NCBI RefSeq assembly: GCF_965284515.1
Contig: NZ_OZ260089.1
Coordinates: forward strand, 1,797,301 to 1,861,300
From: Flavobacterium sp.
GTDB taxonomy: Bacteria; Bacteroidota; Bacteroidia; Flavobacteriales; Flavobacteriaceae
Direction: 5' to 3'
Length of the DNA: 64,000 nucleotides
Position numbers and translations under genes: made by a program. The notes beneath the pieces are model-generated. The model had not been told where the DNA came from, did no database searches, and was given only the letters and a program-made list of their open reading frames with translations. Each line of letters begins with the position of its first letter. Within the stretch, counting starts at the first letter, position 1. Below, piece by piece: positions 39,835 through 50,433 of the stretch.

Positions 39835-41899
39835 GTACATTGATAGAGAGAAAAGTTGGCTTACTTTTAATGCAAGAGTTTTGCAAGAAGCTGGAGATTC
39901 TTCAGTTCCACTTCTAGATAGACTTCGTTTTTTAGGGATTTTTTCAAATAATCTCGATGAATTTTTTAGAGTAAGATATGCTGCAATTCGTAGGATGAAT
40001 TTTGAAAATGTAGATACAGAAAAAGTATTAGGCGGTATTACAGCTGAAAAACTTTTAAAAGAAATTACCGAAATAGTAATTGAGCATCAGTCAGAAAGTT
40101 TAAGAATTCTTGGAGAAATTGAGCAAAAGTTAGAAAAAGAAAACATTTATATCATAAATGAAAAAGAGATAACTAAAGAGCAAGAAATTTTTATAAAAGA
40201 TTATTTTACTCAAACAGTTAGTCCAGCTTTAGTTACCATTATGTTAAATGATCTAGACACATTTCCATTATTAAAAGACACTTCAGGTTATTTAGCAATT
40301 AAATTAAAAGTAAATTCATTTGGAAAAATGAATGAAGTAAGATATGCAGTAGTTGAAATTCCTAATTCTATAAATAGATTTGTTGTTCTACCTTCTAATA
40401 ACGAACAACAACATATCATTTTATTAGACGATGTAATTCGATTAAATTTACATTCTATTTTTAATGTTTTTAATTATACGAGTATTTCTGCACATATGAT
40501 TAAAATTACTAGAGATGCTCAATTAGAGTTTGATAGTGATTTAAGTAAAAGTTTTATTGAAAAAATATCAGATAGTGTTAAAGAGCGTAGAGTAGGAGAA
40601 CCAGTTCGTTTTGTTTACGATCAGGCAATTGATAAAGACACTCTTGGATTTTTCTTACACAGAATGCATATTAACAGTTCAGACAGTATTATTCCAGGCG
40701 GACGTTATCATAACAGAAGGGATTATATGAATTTTCCAAATCTTGGAAGATATGATTTATTGTATAAAAAGAATTTACCGTTACCTGTACCAGGTTTTGA
40801 TTTAGACGGAAGTTTATTAGAAAAAATAAAAAAGAAAGATTATTTACTTTCAACACCTTATCAATCTTTTTCTTATTTAATTAAATTTTTAAGAGAAGCA
40901 GCTATTGATCCAAATGTTGTAACTATAAAAATTACTTTGTATCGTTTAGCAAAAAATTCACAAATTGTAAGTTCACTTATTAATGCAGCTAAAAACGGAA
41001 AAAAAGTAACTGTACAAATTGAATTACAAGCACGTTTTGATGAAGCTAGTAATATTTCTTATTCAGAGCAAATGCAAACTGAAGGAATTGAATTGATTTT
41101 CGGTGTAAAAGGATTAAAAGTTCACAGTAAAATATGTGTAATTGAACGTGTTGAAGAAAGCAAAGTAAAACGATACGGATTTATTTCTACAGGTAATTTT
41201 AATGAAAATTCTGCCAAAATTTATACTGATGTAACTCTTTTTACTGCTAATCAAGAGATATTAAAAGATACCGCTAAGGTTTTTGAATTTTTCGAAATTA
41301 ATTATAAAATTTTTAGATATAAACATCTCTTTGTTTCTCCACATTATACAAGAGTGAAATTTAATAAATTAATTGAAAGAGAGATTCAAAATGCTAAATC
41401 GGGTAAAGTAGCTTTCATTAAATTAAAGATGAACAGTTTGTCTGATTTTAAATTAATTGATAGATTATACGAAGCTAGTAATGCAGGGGTTAAAATTCAA
41501 TTAGTAATTAGAGGTATTTGTTGTATTATTCCTGGGGTAAAAGGAATGAGTGAAAACATTGAAGCAATAAGTATTGTAGATAATTATTTAGAACATTCTC
41601 GTGTATATATTTTTGGCAATGATGGAAATCCTGATGTTTTTATTTCATCTGCTGATTTTATGACTCGTAACTTAGACGGACGTGTAGAAGTGACCTGTCC
41701 AATTTATGATGAAGATATAAAAAAGGAGTTAATTGAAATATTCAATATAAGTTGGAATGCAAATGTTAAAGCCAGAATACATTCAGAAAACTTAAAAAAT
41801 GATTATCGAAGAAATGGTGATGAAAAGCCATTTAGAGCTCAATTAGAAATGTATAATTATTATAGAAATAAACTTGAAGTTATTACTGAAAAGGTGTAA
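39812..41899 (+). CDS. ppk1: Polyphosphate kinase 1
   Basis: REKSWLTFNARVL, SNNLDEFF, TLYRLAK, ELQARFDE, LKVHSK, TGNFNE, LEHSR, SADFMTRNL. Confidence 0.97.
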   Translation: MNNTNPNKYIDREKSWLTFNARVLQEAGDSSVPLLDRLRFLGIFSNNLDEFFRVRYAAIRRMNFENVDTEKVLGGITAEKLLKEITEIVIEHQSESLRILGEIEQKLEKENIYIINEKEITKEQEIFIKDYFTQTVSPALVTIMLNDLDTFPLLKDTSGYLAIKLKVNSFGKMNEVRYAVVEIPNSINRFVVLPSNNEQQHIILLDDVIRLNLHSIFNVFNYTSISAHMIKITRDAQLEFDSDLSKSFIEKISDSVKERRVGEPVRFVYDQAIDKDTLGFFLHRMHINSSDSIIPGGRYHNRRDYMNFPNLGRYDLLYKKNLPLPVPGFDLDGSLLEKIKKKDYLLSTPYQSFSYLIKFLREAAIDPNVVTIKITLYRLAKNSQIVSSLINAAKNGKKVTVQIELQARFDEASNISYSEQMQTEGIELIFGVKGLKVHSKICVIERVEESKVKRYGFISTGNFNENSAKIYTDVTLFTANQEILKDTAKVFEFFEINYKIFRYKHLFVSPHYTRVKFNKLIEREIQNAKSGKVAFIKLKMNSLSDFKLIDRLYEASNAGVKIQLVIRGICCIIPGVKGMSENIEAISIVDNYLEHSRVYIFGNDGNPDVFISSADFMTRNLDGRVEVTCPIYDEDIKKELIEIFNISWNANVKARIHSENLKNDYRRNGDEKPFRAQLEMYNYYRNKLEVITEKV

Positions 41900-41938
41900 T
41901 TATAGTCTCATAGTAATTAAATAATTTATGTATTTTAA

Positions 41939-42829
41939 ATGATTACATTAAAAAAATATGCAGCAATTGATATAGGTTCCAATGCTATGCGTTTATTGGT
42001 AACCAATATTGTTGAGCAAAAAGGACAACCTACACAATTTAATAAAAGTTCATTAGTTCGTGTGCCTATTCGTTTGGGACAAGATGCATTTACGGTTGGT
42101 GAAATTTCAGATGAGAATATCCAGCGAATGGTTGATGCAATGAAGGCTTTTAGTTTATTAATGAAAGTACATAAAGTAGAAAAATACAAAGCATGTGCTA
42201 CTTCTGCAATGAGAGAAGCTTATAACGGAACAGATATTGTTGCTTTAATTAAAAAGAAAACAGATATTAAAATTGATATTATTGATGGACGAAAAGAAGC
42301 AGCAATTATTTCAAGTTCCGACTTAAAACAATTTATCAATTCAGATAAAACATATTTATATGTAGATGTTGGTGGTGGAAGTACTGAATTTTCAATCTTT
42401 AGTGAAGGTAAAATTGTTACTTCAAAATCATTTAAAAATGGAACTGTACGATTATTAAATAATATGGTTTCTGAAATTGTTTGGGTTGAAATAGAAAAGT
42501 GGATTAAAAATGCAGTAGCACCTTATGATGAAATTACAATTATAGGTTCAGGCGGAAATATTAATAAATTATTTAAGTTATCAGAAAAACACCAATCAAA
42601 ACCTTTATCATATGTTTATTTAAATGCTCAGTTTCAAAAATTGAGTACAATGACTTATGAACAAAGAATTACAGAATTGGGTTTAAACCCAGATAGGGCT
42701 GATGTAATTATACCTGCAACTCGTATTTATTTAAATGCAATGAAATGGAGTGGAGCAAGACAAATGTATGTTCCTAAGATTGGACTTTCAGACGGAATTG
42801 TAAAAGCAATGTATTTTGGAAAACTCTAA
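41939..42829 (+). CDS. ppx: Exopolyphosphatase, Ppx/GppA family (short form)
   Basis: AIDIGSNAMR, ATSAMREA, IDGRKEA, DVGGGSTE, RADVI. Confidence 0.92.
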   Translation: MITLKKYAAIDIGSNAMRLLVTNIVEQKGQPTQFNKSSLVRVPIRLGQDAFTVGEISDENIQRMVDAMKAFSLLMKVHKVEKYKACATSAMREAYNGTDIVALIKKKTDIKIDIIDGRKEAAIISSSDLKQFINSDKTYLYVDVGGGSTEFSIFSEGKIVTSKSFKNGTVRLLNNMVSEIVWVEIEKWIKNAVAPYDEITIIGSGGNINKLFKLSEKHQSKPLSYVYLNAQFQKLSTMTYEQRITELGLNPDRADVIIPATRIYLNAMKWSGARQMYVPKIGLSDGIVKAMYFGKL

Positions 42830-42836
42830 AATAAAT

Positions 42837-42872
42837 AAAAAAATCCGACTCGTTTAAAAGTCGGATTTTTTT
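42837..42872. terminator. Bidirectional terminator
   Basis: aaaaatccgact...agtcggattttt with A and T flanks. Confidence 0.85.
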
Positions 42873-42882
42873 ATTTTAATTC

Positions 42883-44271
42883 TTATAAGTGAATAACTTC
42901 ACCATAAGCATCAGCAACCGCTTCCATTACAGCCTCACTCATCGTAGGGTGTGGATGAACTGCTTTTAATATTTCATGACCTGTTGTTTCTAGTTTACGT
43001 GCTACAACTGCTTCTGCAATCATATCTGTAACTCCAGCACCAATCATGTGGCATCCTAACCATTCTCCGTATTTTGCATCAAAAATAACTTTTACAAATC
43101 CGTCTGGTGTTCCAGCTGCTTTTGCTTTTCCTGATGCTGAAAAAGGAAATTTACCAACTTTCAATTCGTATCCTTTTTCTTTTGCTTGTTTTTCAGTCAT
43201 ACCAACAGAAGCAATTTCTGGAGTTGCATAAGTACAACCAGGAATATTACCATAATCTAATGGCTCAACATGTAAACCAGCTAATTTTTCAACTAATAAG
43301 ATTCCTTCTGCAGAAGCAACGTGGGCTAAAGCTTGACCTGGAGTAACATCTCCAATTGCAAAATATCCAGGAATATTAGTTTGATAAAAATCGTTAACTA
43401 AAATTTTATCTCTATCAGTAGCGATTCCTACTTCTTCTAAACCAATGTTTTCAATATTAGTTTTGATACCTACAGCAGAAAGTAAAATATCAGCTTCTAA
43501 AACTTCTTCTCCTTTTGAAGTTTTTACGAAAGCTTTTACTCCATTTCCAGAAGTATCAATTCTTTCTACAGAAGAGTTTGTCATTATTTTAATTCCAGCT
43601 TTCTTTAACGAACGCTCAAATTGTTTAGAAATATCTTCATCTTCAACGGGTACAACATTTGGCATAAATTCAACAATGGTCACATCAGTTCCCATTGAAT
43701 TATAAAAATGCGCAAATTCAACACCAATTGCTCCAGAACCCACTACAATCATCGATTTTGGTTGTTCTGGTAAAGTCATTGCTTGTCTATATCCAATTAC
43801 TTTTTTACCATCTTGTGGTAAATTAGGTAATTCACGAGAACGTGCACCAGTTGCAATAATAATATTGTCAGCAGAATATTCAGTTACTTTTCCATCAGCA
43901 GCTGTTACAGCAACTTTTTTTCCAGGTAATACTTTTCCAAAACCGTCAATAACATCAATTTTATTCTTTTTCATTAAGAATTGAACACCTTTGCTCATTC
44001 CGTCAGCAACATCTCTTGAACGTTTTACTACTGCAGAAAAATCTTTATCTACGTTATCTACTTTTAGTCCGTAGTCTGAAGCATGTTTTAAATAATCAAA
44101 TACTTGAGCAGATTTTAATAATGCTTTTGTTGGGATACAACCCCAGTTCAAGCAAATTCCACCTAAGTTTTCTTTTTCAATAACGGCTACTTTAAAACCT
44201 AATTGAGAGGCTCTAATTGCAGTAACATAACCACCAGGACCACTACCTAAAACTATAATATTGTATTGCAT
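42883..44271 (-). CDS. lpdA: Dihydrolipoyl dehydrogenase (paralog 2)
   Basis: GSGPGG, GGICLNWGCIP, GSGAIG, HPHPT. Confidence 0.95.
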   Translation of the reverse strand: MQYNIIVLGSGPGGYVTAIRASQLGFKVAVIEKENLGGICLNWGCIPTKALLKSAQVFDYLKHASDYGLKVDNVDKDFSAVVKRSRDVADGMSKGVQFLMKKNKIDVIDGFGKVLPGKKVAVTAADGKVTEYSADNIIIATGARSRELPNLPQDGKKVIGYRQAMTLPEQPKSMIVVGSGAIGVEFAHFYNSMGTDVTIVEFMPNVVPVEDEDISKQFERSLKKAGIKIMTNSSVERIDTSGNGVKAFVKTSKGEEVLEADILLSAVGIKTNIENIGLEEVGIATDRDKILVNDFYQTNIPGYFAIGDVTPGQALAHVASAEGILLVEKLAGLHVEPLDYGNIPGCTYATPEIASVGMTEKQAKEKGYELKVGKFPFSASGKAKAAGTPDGFVKVIFDAKYGEWLGCHMIGAGVTDMIAEAVVARKLETTGHEILKAVHPHPTMSEAVMEAVADAYGEVIHL

Positions 44272-44348
44272 AATCTATGATTTTCTGTAATTTATAATGC
44301 TTGCGAAATTAAACAATTAATTTAAAAGTTTCAATAACAATTTCAACT

Positions 44349-46097
44349 TTATGCAGAAACTGAAAATTGCGAATCGTATAACTTTCTATAATATCCATTT
44401 TCAATTTGCAAAAGTTCATTGTGTGAACCTTTTTCAACAATTTCACCTTTGTCCATAACAATAATAGTATCTGCATTTACAATTGTTGCCAATCGATGAG
44501 CAATTACTATAGATGTTCTCCCTTTTGTTAATATGTCAGTTGCGTTTTGAATTAAATCTTCTGAATACGAATCAATAGAAGAAGTAGCTTCATCTAAAAT
44601 TAAAATACTTGGTTGGCTAACATAAGCTCGTAAAAATGCTATTAACTGTCTTTGACCTGATGATAACATTACGCCACGTTCTTTTACATTATAATCGTAT
44701 CCGTTTGGCAAACTCATAATGAAATTATGTACACCAATTGTTTTAGCGGCGTTTATAACATCGTCTTTAGTAATTGATTCATTATAAAGTGTAATGTTGT
44801 TGTAAATGGTGTCGGCAAATAAAAACACATCTTGTAAAACAACTGCAATTTGCTTGCGTAGACTTTCTAATTTGTACTCTTTAATATTATGGTTTTCAAT
44901 AGTAATGGTTCCAGAGTCTATTTCGTAAAAACGATTCAATAAGTTTATAATTGTTGATTTTCCTGCTCCAGTGCTCCCAACAATTGCTACTGTTTCCCCT
45001 TCAGTTACTGAAAATGAAATTCCTTTTAAAACTTCTTCATCTTTAATATAACTAAAACGAACATTGTCAAATTCTATATTTCCTTTGAACGAATGGGCTG
45101 TTATTGTCCCTGTGTTTTGAATTTGACTATCCGTATCTAAAACTTCAAAAACACGCTCTGCAGCAATTATTCCCATTTGCATTACATTAAATTTATCTGC
45201 AATTTGACGTAATGGATTGAATAACATAGTGATAAGCATTGTATACGCAAATAAATCACCAAAAGAAGTTATAGTGTCACCATTTAAGATATTAATTCCA
45301 CCATACCACACAATAGCTCCAAGTGTTAACGAAGAAACAATATCAGCAATAGGGAAGAAGATAGAGTTGTATAAGATGTTTTTAAGCCAAGCTTTATTGT
45401 GCTTTTGATTTATTTCTTTAAATTTTTCAAGTTCAATAGCTTCTCTGTTAAAGAGTTGAACAATTTTCATTCCTGTTAATCGTTCTTGGATAAATGTATT
45501 TAAATTAGAAACCTCATTTCGAACTTCATTAAATGCAACTTTCATTTTCTTCTGAAAAATATTAGTTGCATATATTAAAACCGGCATTGCAAGTAGAACA
45601 ATAAATGTTAGTTTCCAGTTCATATAAATCATGATTCCTAGAATCACAATCATTTTTAGCAAATCACTTACAATCATAAACAATCCTTGACTGAAAATAC
45701 TTGCAATTGACTCTATATCTGAAACTGTTCGAGTTACAAGTTTTCCAACAGGCTCATTGTCAAAATATTTCATTTTAAATGAAGCAATATGTTGATATAA
45801 TTTTAATCGGATATCTTTAATAATATCTTGTCCAAGCCAATTTGCCCAATAGGTAAAGAAAAATTGAGACATTACTTCAAAAAGTAAAACAAGAGCCATG
45901 ATAATTATGTAAAAAAGCAACCCTTCTTTATCATTATTTTGTAAATATTTATCAACTGTTTGTTTTAATAAATAGGGTCTTGCAGCAGCAAATATTGAAA
46001 GTGAAACTGCCCATACAATTACCCAATTGAATCTACTTTGATAAGGTTTGGCATAAAAAAGCACTTTTTTTAAAGCTTTAGATTGTATGGCTTTCAT
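44349..46097 (-). CDS. ABC exporter, fused permease/ATPase (MsbA/MdlB-like)
   Basis: TM domain, then GSTGAGKST, LSSGQRQ, LILDEATS, IAHRL. Confidence 0.95.
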   Translation of the reverse strand: MKAIQSKALKKVLFYAKPYQSRFNWVIVWAVSLSIFAAARPYLLKQTVDKYLQNNDKEGLLFYIIIMALVLLFEVMSQFFFTYWANWLGQDIIKDIRLKLYQHIASFKMKYFDNEPVGKLVTRTVSDIESIASIFSQGLFMIVSDLLKMIVILGIMIYMNWKLTFIVLLAMPVLIYATNIFQKKMKVAFNEVRNEVSNLNTFIQERLTGMKIVQLFNREAIELEKFKEINQKHNKAWLKNILYNSIFFPIADIVSSLTLGAIVWYGGINILNGDTITSFGDLFAYTMLITMLFNPLRQIADKFNVMQMGIIAAERVFEVLDTDSQIQNTGTITAHSFKGNIEFDNVRFSYIKDEEVLKGISFSVTEGETVAIVGSTGAGKSTIINLLNRFYEIDSGTITIENHNIKEYKLESLRKQIAVVLQDVFLFADTIYNNITLYNESITKDDVINAAKTIGVHNFIMSLPNGYDYNVKERGVMLSSGQRQLIAFLRAYVSQPSILILDEATSSIDSYSEDLIQNATDILTKGRTSIVIAHRLATIVNADTIIVMDKGEIVEKGSHNELLQIENGYYRKLYDSQFSVSA

Positions 46098-46122
46098 TTA
46101 TATCTTTATTGTTTTTATAAAT

Positions 46123-46860
46123 TTAATCTATATATGTATACTTAACTTTTACAAGGTATAAACCATGTGCTGGAACTGAAAAACCTGCTTTTTGGCGATT
46201 TTTACTTTCAATAATAGCTCTAAAATCGTCTAAAGTAATTTTACCAATTCCTACATTAACTAAAGTTCCAACTATAGCGCGAACCATATTGCGTAAAAAA
46301 CGATTAGCGGTGACTGTAAATATTAATTGATTTCCTTTTACTTTCCAATGTGCTTCTGTAATATCGCATAAAAAAGTATTTACATCGGTATTGGTCTTTG
46401 AAAAACATTCAAAATCTTCAAATTCGAATAAGATTTTACAAGCTTCATTCATTAAATCAACATTCAATTTGTTGAAATAATACCAACTTCCTTCGTTTTG
46501 AAAAACATCTTTAAAAGTATGTATGTAATACTCATAAGTTCTACTGGTAGCGTCAAAACGAGAATGAGCATCTTCATGAACAGGAATAAAACGATAAATA
46601 ACTATATTTTTTCCTAAAAAAGAATTGAATTTACTCACCCAATAATCAGAATCAATTTCAATGTCGCAATCAAAATGAGCATACATTTGTTTAGCATGAA
46701 CACCGCTATCTGTTCTTCCGGCACCAACAATTTGAATAGGTTGCTTGAATAATAAGCTTAATGCTTTATCTAGAGTTTCTTGTACCGAAATTACATCAGG
46801 CTGAACCTGAAATCCATGAAATTCTTTTCCGTTGTATGCAAATTCTATGAAGTATCTCAA
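46123..46860 (-). CDS. truA: tRNA pseudouridine(38-40) synthase
   Basis: GFQVQP, GAGRTDSGVHA, RFLRNMVRAIVG, PAHGLYL. TTG start; TAAATTTG promoter at 46899-46892. Confidence 0.96.
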   Translation of the reverse strand: MRYFIEFAYNGKEFHGFQVQPDVISVQETLDKALSLLFKQPIQIVGAGRTDSGVHAKQMYAHFDCDIEIDSDYWVSKFNSFLGKNIVIYRFIPVHEDAHSRFDATSRTYEYYIHTFKDVFQNEGSWYYFNKLNVDLMNEACKILFEFEDFECFSKTNTDVNTFLCDITEAHWKVKGNQLIFTVTANRFLRNMVRAIVGTLVNVGIGKITLDDFRAIIESKNRQKAGFSVPAHGLYLVKVKYTYID

Positions 46861-46954
46861 TCTGAAATTTCTGTTTTTAATAATGTGAAAGCAAATTTAC
46901 GAAATTAGAGAGCAATGACAATTTCAATTTCAATAATTAATCTATTTTTGTGAT

Positions 46955-47449
46955 ATGATTAAGATATTATTGCTTTCTGATACACATAGTCACATCGATG
47001 ATGTTATTTTAAAATACGTTAATTTAGCTGATGAAGTTTGGCACGCTGGTGATATTGGAAATTTAGAGGTAACAGATAAAATAAAAACATTAAAACCATT
47101 ACGAGCAGTTTTTGGTAATATTGATGATGCGGAAGCTAGAAAAGAATTTCCGTTGAATAATAGATTTATGTGTGAAGGTGTTGATGTTTGGATTACTCAT
47201 ATTGGCGGATATCCTGATAAATACAATGTAAATGTAAGAGACGAAATTCGTCAGAATCCTCCCAAATTATTTATTTGTGGGCATTCACATATTCTAAAAG
47301 TACAATTTGACAAGAAATTAAATTTACTTCATATGAATCCTGGTGCAGCTGGTAAGCATGGATTTCATCAAGTTAGAACAATGTTACGCTTTGAAATTGA
47401 TAACAATAAAATTCAAAACCTTGAAGTAATTGAAATAGGGAAGAAGTAG
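46955..47449 (+). CDS. YfcE-like metallophosphoesterase
   Basis: SDTH, HAGD, GNID, CGHSH, NPG motifs. Confidence 0.9.
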   Translation: MIKILLLSDTHSHIDDVILKYVNLADEVWHAGDIGNLEVTDKIKTLKPLRAVFGNIDDAEARKEFPLNNRFMCEGVDVWITHIGGYPDKYNVNVRDEIRQNPPKLFICGHSHILKVQFDKKLNLLHMNPGAAGKHGFHQVRTMLRFEIDNNKIQNLEVIEIGKK

Positions 47450-47468
47450 TTATTATATTTTTTAAAAC

Positions 47469-47499
47469 AAAAAACCCGAATCTTTTGATTCGGGTTTTT
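47469..47499. terminator. Bidirectional terminator
   Basis: aaaaaacccgaatc-tttt-gattcgggttttt. Confidence 0.88.
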
Positions 47500-47529
47500 C
47501 TACGCACTAATAAAACTAAGATGATAGGT

Positions 47530-47940
47530 TTAACGTAGTCGATCTACAGATTTTACGAGATCTTCGTCCTTTTTAATTGCTCTGTTAGCCAAAACAAGTA
47601 AAACGATAGAAATAGTAGGAAGAAACATCCCAATACCCTTCTCTGAAATTTGCATTTCTCCGGATAAGTTTAGTGTACGAACAACAAAAAATCCTAGTAA
47701 AATAAAGTTAAATATGATTGCCAATCTGTTTAAAACAAATTGCGTTTGTCTCTTTTTAAATAAAAATAAGCTGATTAAAGCTATTGCTGAAATAACAGCA
47801 AAAAATGCTATATATATTATTGATTCATTAAAATAAACTACTTTACTTTCCTCTTCAGTCCAAAGTGAAAAGAAAAAAGGAAGAATAGCAGTTATAATAA
47901 TGCTACAAATTAAGTATAAGCTTTGAATGCGTTGAATCAT
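47530..47940 (-). CDS. DUF4293 family membrane protein
   Basis: MIQRIQSLYL start, FKKRQTQ, and C-terminal AIKKDEDLVKSVDRLR. Confidence 0.88.
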   Translation of the reverse strand: MIQRIQSLYLICSIIITAILPFFFSLWTEEESKVVYFNESIIYIAFFAVISAIALISLFLFKKRQTQFVLNRLAIIFNFILLGFFVVRTLNLSGEMQISEKGIGMFLPTISIVLLVLANRAIKKDEDLVKSVDRLR

Positions 47941-48012
47941 TTTTTATAAAATTGCAAAGCAAAAATATGTTTTCTTTTGTAAAAAAACTATTGTTTAATT
48001 CAATTTTATTCG

Positions 48013-48127
48013 TATTATTGCATAGTACTATCGTAAGTACTTCATACTGCGATAGGTTACAACCCCCAAATAAATCTTATCACAAAAATTTATTATTCCT
48101 ATTAAATAAATAATTCAAAATTTATCC
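48013..48127 (+). promoter_or_regulatory. rho promoter and leader (5' hairpin plus C-rich, G-free tract)
   Basis: TTG (47991-47993), 19-nt spacer, TATTATTG (48013-48020). Hairpin at 48028-48055. 14 C and 0 G in 48057-48127. Confidence 0.55.
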
Positions 48128-49804
48128 ATGTTTGATATTGAAGTCTTAAAAGAGATGAAACTCTCTGATTTGCAAGAAATTGCTAAAGTTGCTAAAGTAA
48201 AAAAGTACAGAACTCTTAAAAAAGACGAACTAGTTTACCAAATTTTAGACGTTCAAGCTGCAAATCCAGAAACTGTAAAAGCAGAAGTAATTAAAGGTAC
48301 TACAACAACTAAGCCTATTGAGAAAGAAAAAGTAGCTAAACCAAAAAGGACTCGATTAGTTTCTCAAAAAGAGGTTAAACCTAGGCCTCAAGTATCTGCT
48401 GAAGAAAGTAAAATTGAAGCTCCAATTGAAAACAAGGTTAAAACTAAACCAGTAAGAGTTCAAAAAGAAAGTGTTGTTGTTTCAACTACTGAAATATCAG
48501 AAGAAGTAAAAAAGGAAGTTTCTGAAAATAAAGAATCTGAGGTTAAAAAAACACAACCTAGTGTTAATCATAAAGCAAATCAAAATAACCCAAATCATCC
48601 TAGTTTTAAGAAAAACAACCCTGCAAATCAACCTAATCCTTCAAAAAAGCAAAGTTCTAAACCAAATTTTAGAGAGCCTGAATTTGAGTTTGATGGAATT
48701 ATTGAAAGTGAAGGTGTTTTAGAGATGATGCCAGATGGATACGGATTTCTTCGTTCTTCTGATTATAATTATTTATCATCTCCTGATGATATATATTTAT
48801 CTCAATCTCAAATTAGATTATTTGGATTAAAAACAGGAGATACAGTCAAAGGAGTTGTTCGTCCACCAAAAGAAGGTGAAAAATATTTTCCTTTGGTTAG
48901 AGTATTAAAAATTAACGGTCATGACCCGCAAGAAGTAAGAGATAGAATTTCTTTTGAACATTTAACTCCAATTTTTCCAAAAGAAAAATTCAATATAGCT
49001 GAAAAGCAAAGTACTGTTTCTACACGAATTATAGATTTATTTTCTCCTATAGGAAAAGGTCAACGAGGTATGATTGTTGCTCAACCTAAAACGGGTAAAA
49101 CAATGTTATTGAAAGAAATTGCAAACGCGATTGCTGCAAATCATCCAGAAGTATATTTAATAGTTCTTCTTATTGATGAACGCCCTGAAGAGGTTACAGA
49201 TATGCAAAGAAATGTAAGAGGAGAAGTTATTGCTTCTACTTTTGATCGTGAACCTCAAGAACATGTGAAAATTGCAAATATTGTTTTAGAAAAGGCAAAA
49301 CGTTTAACTGAATGTGGACATGATGTTGTTGTGTTATTAGATTCAATAACTCGTTTAGCTAGAGCTTATAATACAGTTCAGCCAGCTTCTGGAAAAGTTT
49401 TAAGTGGTGGTGTTGATGCGAATGCATTACAAAAGCCAAAACGTTTCTTTGGTGCTGCTCGTAATGTTGAAAACGGAGGGTCATTAAGTATTATAGCTAC
49501 CGCCTTAACTGATACGGGTTCTAAAATGGATGAAGTTATCTTTGAAGAATTCAAAGGAACGGGTAATATGGAGCTTCAATTAGACAGAAGAATTGCTAAC
49601 AAACGTATATTCCCAGCAATTGATTTAGTTTCTTCTAGTACTCGTAGAGATGACTTACTGTTAGACGACAACACAGTTCAAAGAATGTGGATAATGAGAA
49701 AGTATCTAGCCGATATGAATCCTATTGAAGCTATGGACTTTATTCATGATCGATTTAGAAAGACAGCAAATAATGAGGAATTTTTAATTTCCATGAATCA
49801 ATAG
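48128..49804 (+). CDS. rho: Transcription termination factor Rho with N-terminal insertion
   Basis: [59 protein letters not shown]. Confidence 0.98.
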   Translation: MFDIEVLKEMKLSDLQEIAKVAKVKKYRTLKKDELVYQILDVQAANPETVKAEVIKGTTTTKPIEKEKVAKPKRTRLVSQKEVKPRPQVSAEESKIEAPIENKVKTKPVRVQKESVVVSTTEISEEVKKEVSENKESEVKKTQPSVNHKANQNNPNHPSFKKNNPANQPNPSKKQSSKPNFREPEFEFDGIIESEGVLEMMPDGYGFLRSSDYNYLSSPDDIYLSQSQIRLFGLKTGDTVKGVVRPPKEGEKYFPLVRVLKINGHDPQEVRDRISFEHLTPIFPKEKFNIAEKQSTVSTRIIDLFSPIGKGQRGMIVAQPKTGKTMLLKEIANAIAANHPEVYLIVLLIDERPEEVTDMQRNVRGEVIASTFDREPQEHVKIANIVLEKAKRLTECGHDVVVLLDSITRLARAYNTVQPASGKVLSGGVDANALQKPKRFFGAARNVENGGSLSIIATALTDTGSKMDEVIFEEFKGTGNMELQLDRRIANKRIFPAIDLVSSSTRRDDLLLDDNTVQRMWIMRKYLADMNPIEAMDFIHDRFRKTANNEEFLISMNQ

Positions 49805-49814
49805 AATTAGATAT

Positions 49815-49851
49815 AAAAAAATCCCAATCAAAACTGATTGGGATTTTTTTT
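49815..49851. terminator. Bidirectional terminator
   Basis: aaaaaaatcccaatca-aaac-tgattgggattttttt. Confidence 0.88.
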
Positions 49852-50422
49852 ATTTAGTATCAATTTTTGAAATGATAAGTTCACTTGTATCTGAGAAACT
49901 TATTTCCAAATTCATTTTTTCTTTTAAAACAAATACATCTCCTTCTTTTAATCTAAATAAAATATTTTCATTCTTGATTAAAACTTCTCCTTTGTAATTA
50001 TATAGTATTAAAAAGTCTGATGAATTCTTTAGTTTCTTTTTTTGATTTTCACTTGAAGTTACAACCTCTATTTTACAGTTATAATTTACATTTGACATTA
50101 AATTAAAATCAGTACATGTTCCTTTAGATGAAGTTTTCCAATCTCCTTTAAATGAATCAACATTAAACTTATTTAATCTTTTAGAATACTGGTTTTCATG
50201 GGTAATTTCTATAGAACCATCTAAAACCATTAACTCTCTATCTATATTAGGTAAAGATGTGAATTGAGACTCTTCAAGATTAACTTGTGCTGAACTTAAT
50301 CTAAATTCAAAATTTCTTTCTTGGTAATTTGAGTCTTCTGGATAAATATATAATTCAGTTGTTGTTCCACCTTGCCAAGTTGTTGTAATAAGGTCTTTTT
50401 TAGAAATTATTTTATAATTCAT
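49850..50422 (-). CDS. HutD/Ves family cupin-like protein
   Basis: TTWQGGTTTELYIYP, FRLSSAQV, FTSLPNIDR, DFNLM. Confidence 0.8.
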   Translation of the reverse strand: MNYKIISKKDLITTTWQGGTTTELYIYPEDSNYQERNFEFRLSSAQVNLEESQFTSLPNIDRELMVLDGSIEITHENQYSKRLNKFNVDSFKGDWKTSSKGTCTDFNLMSNVNYNCKIEVVTSSENQKKKLKNSSDFLILYNYKGEVLIKNENILFRLKEGDVFVLKEKMNLEISFSDTSELIISKIDTK

Positions 50423-50433
50423 TTTATTTAAAA

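Noticed and set aside
40222-40249. ttatgttaaat matching the XerD arm of dif
   Set aside because: It is inside ppk1 coding sequence and the XerC arm does not match.
20052-44271. Two lpdA genes as a recent duplication
   Set aside because: The proteins are clearly divergent, and multiple E3 paralogs are ordinary for different 2-oxoacid dehydrogenase complexes.
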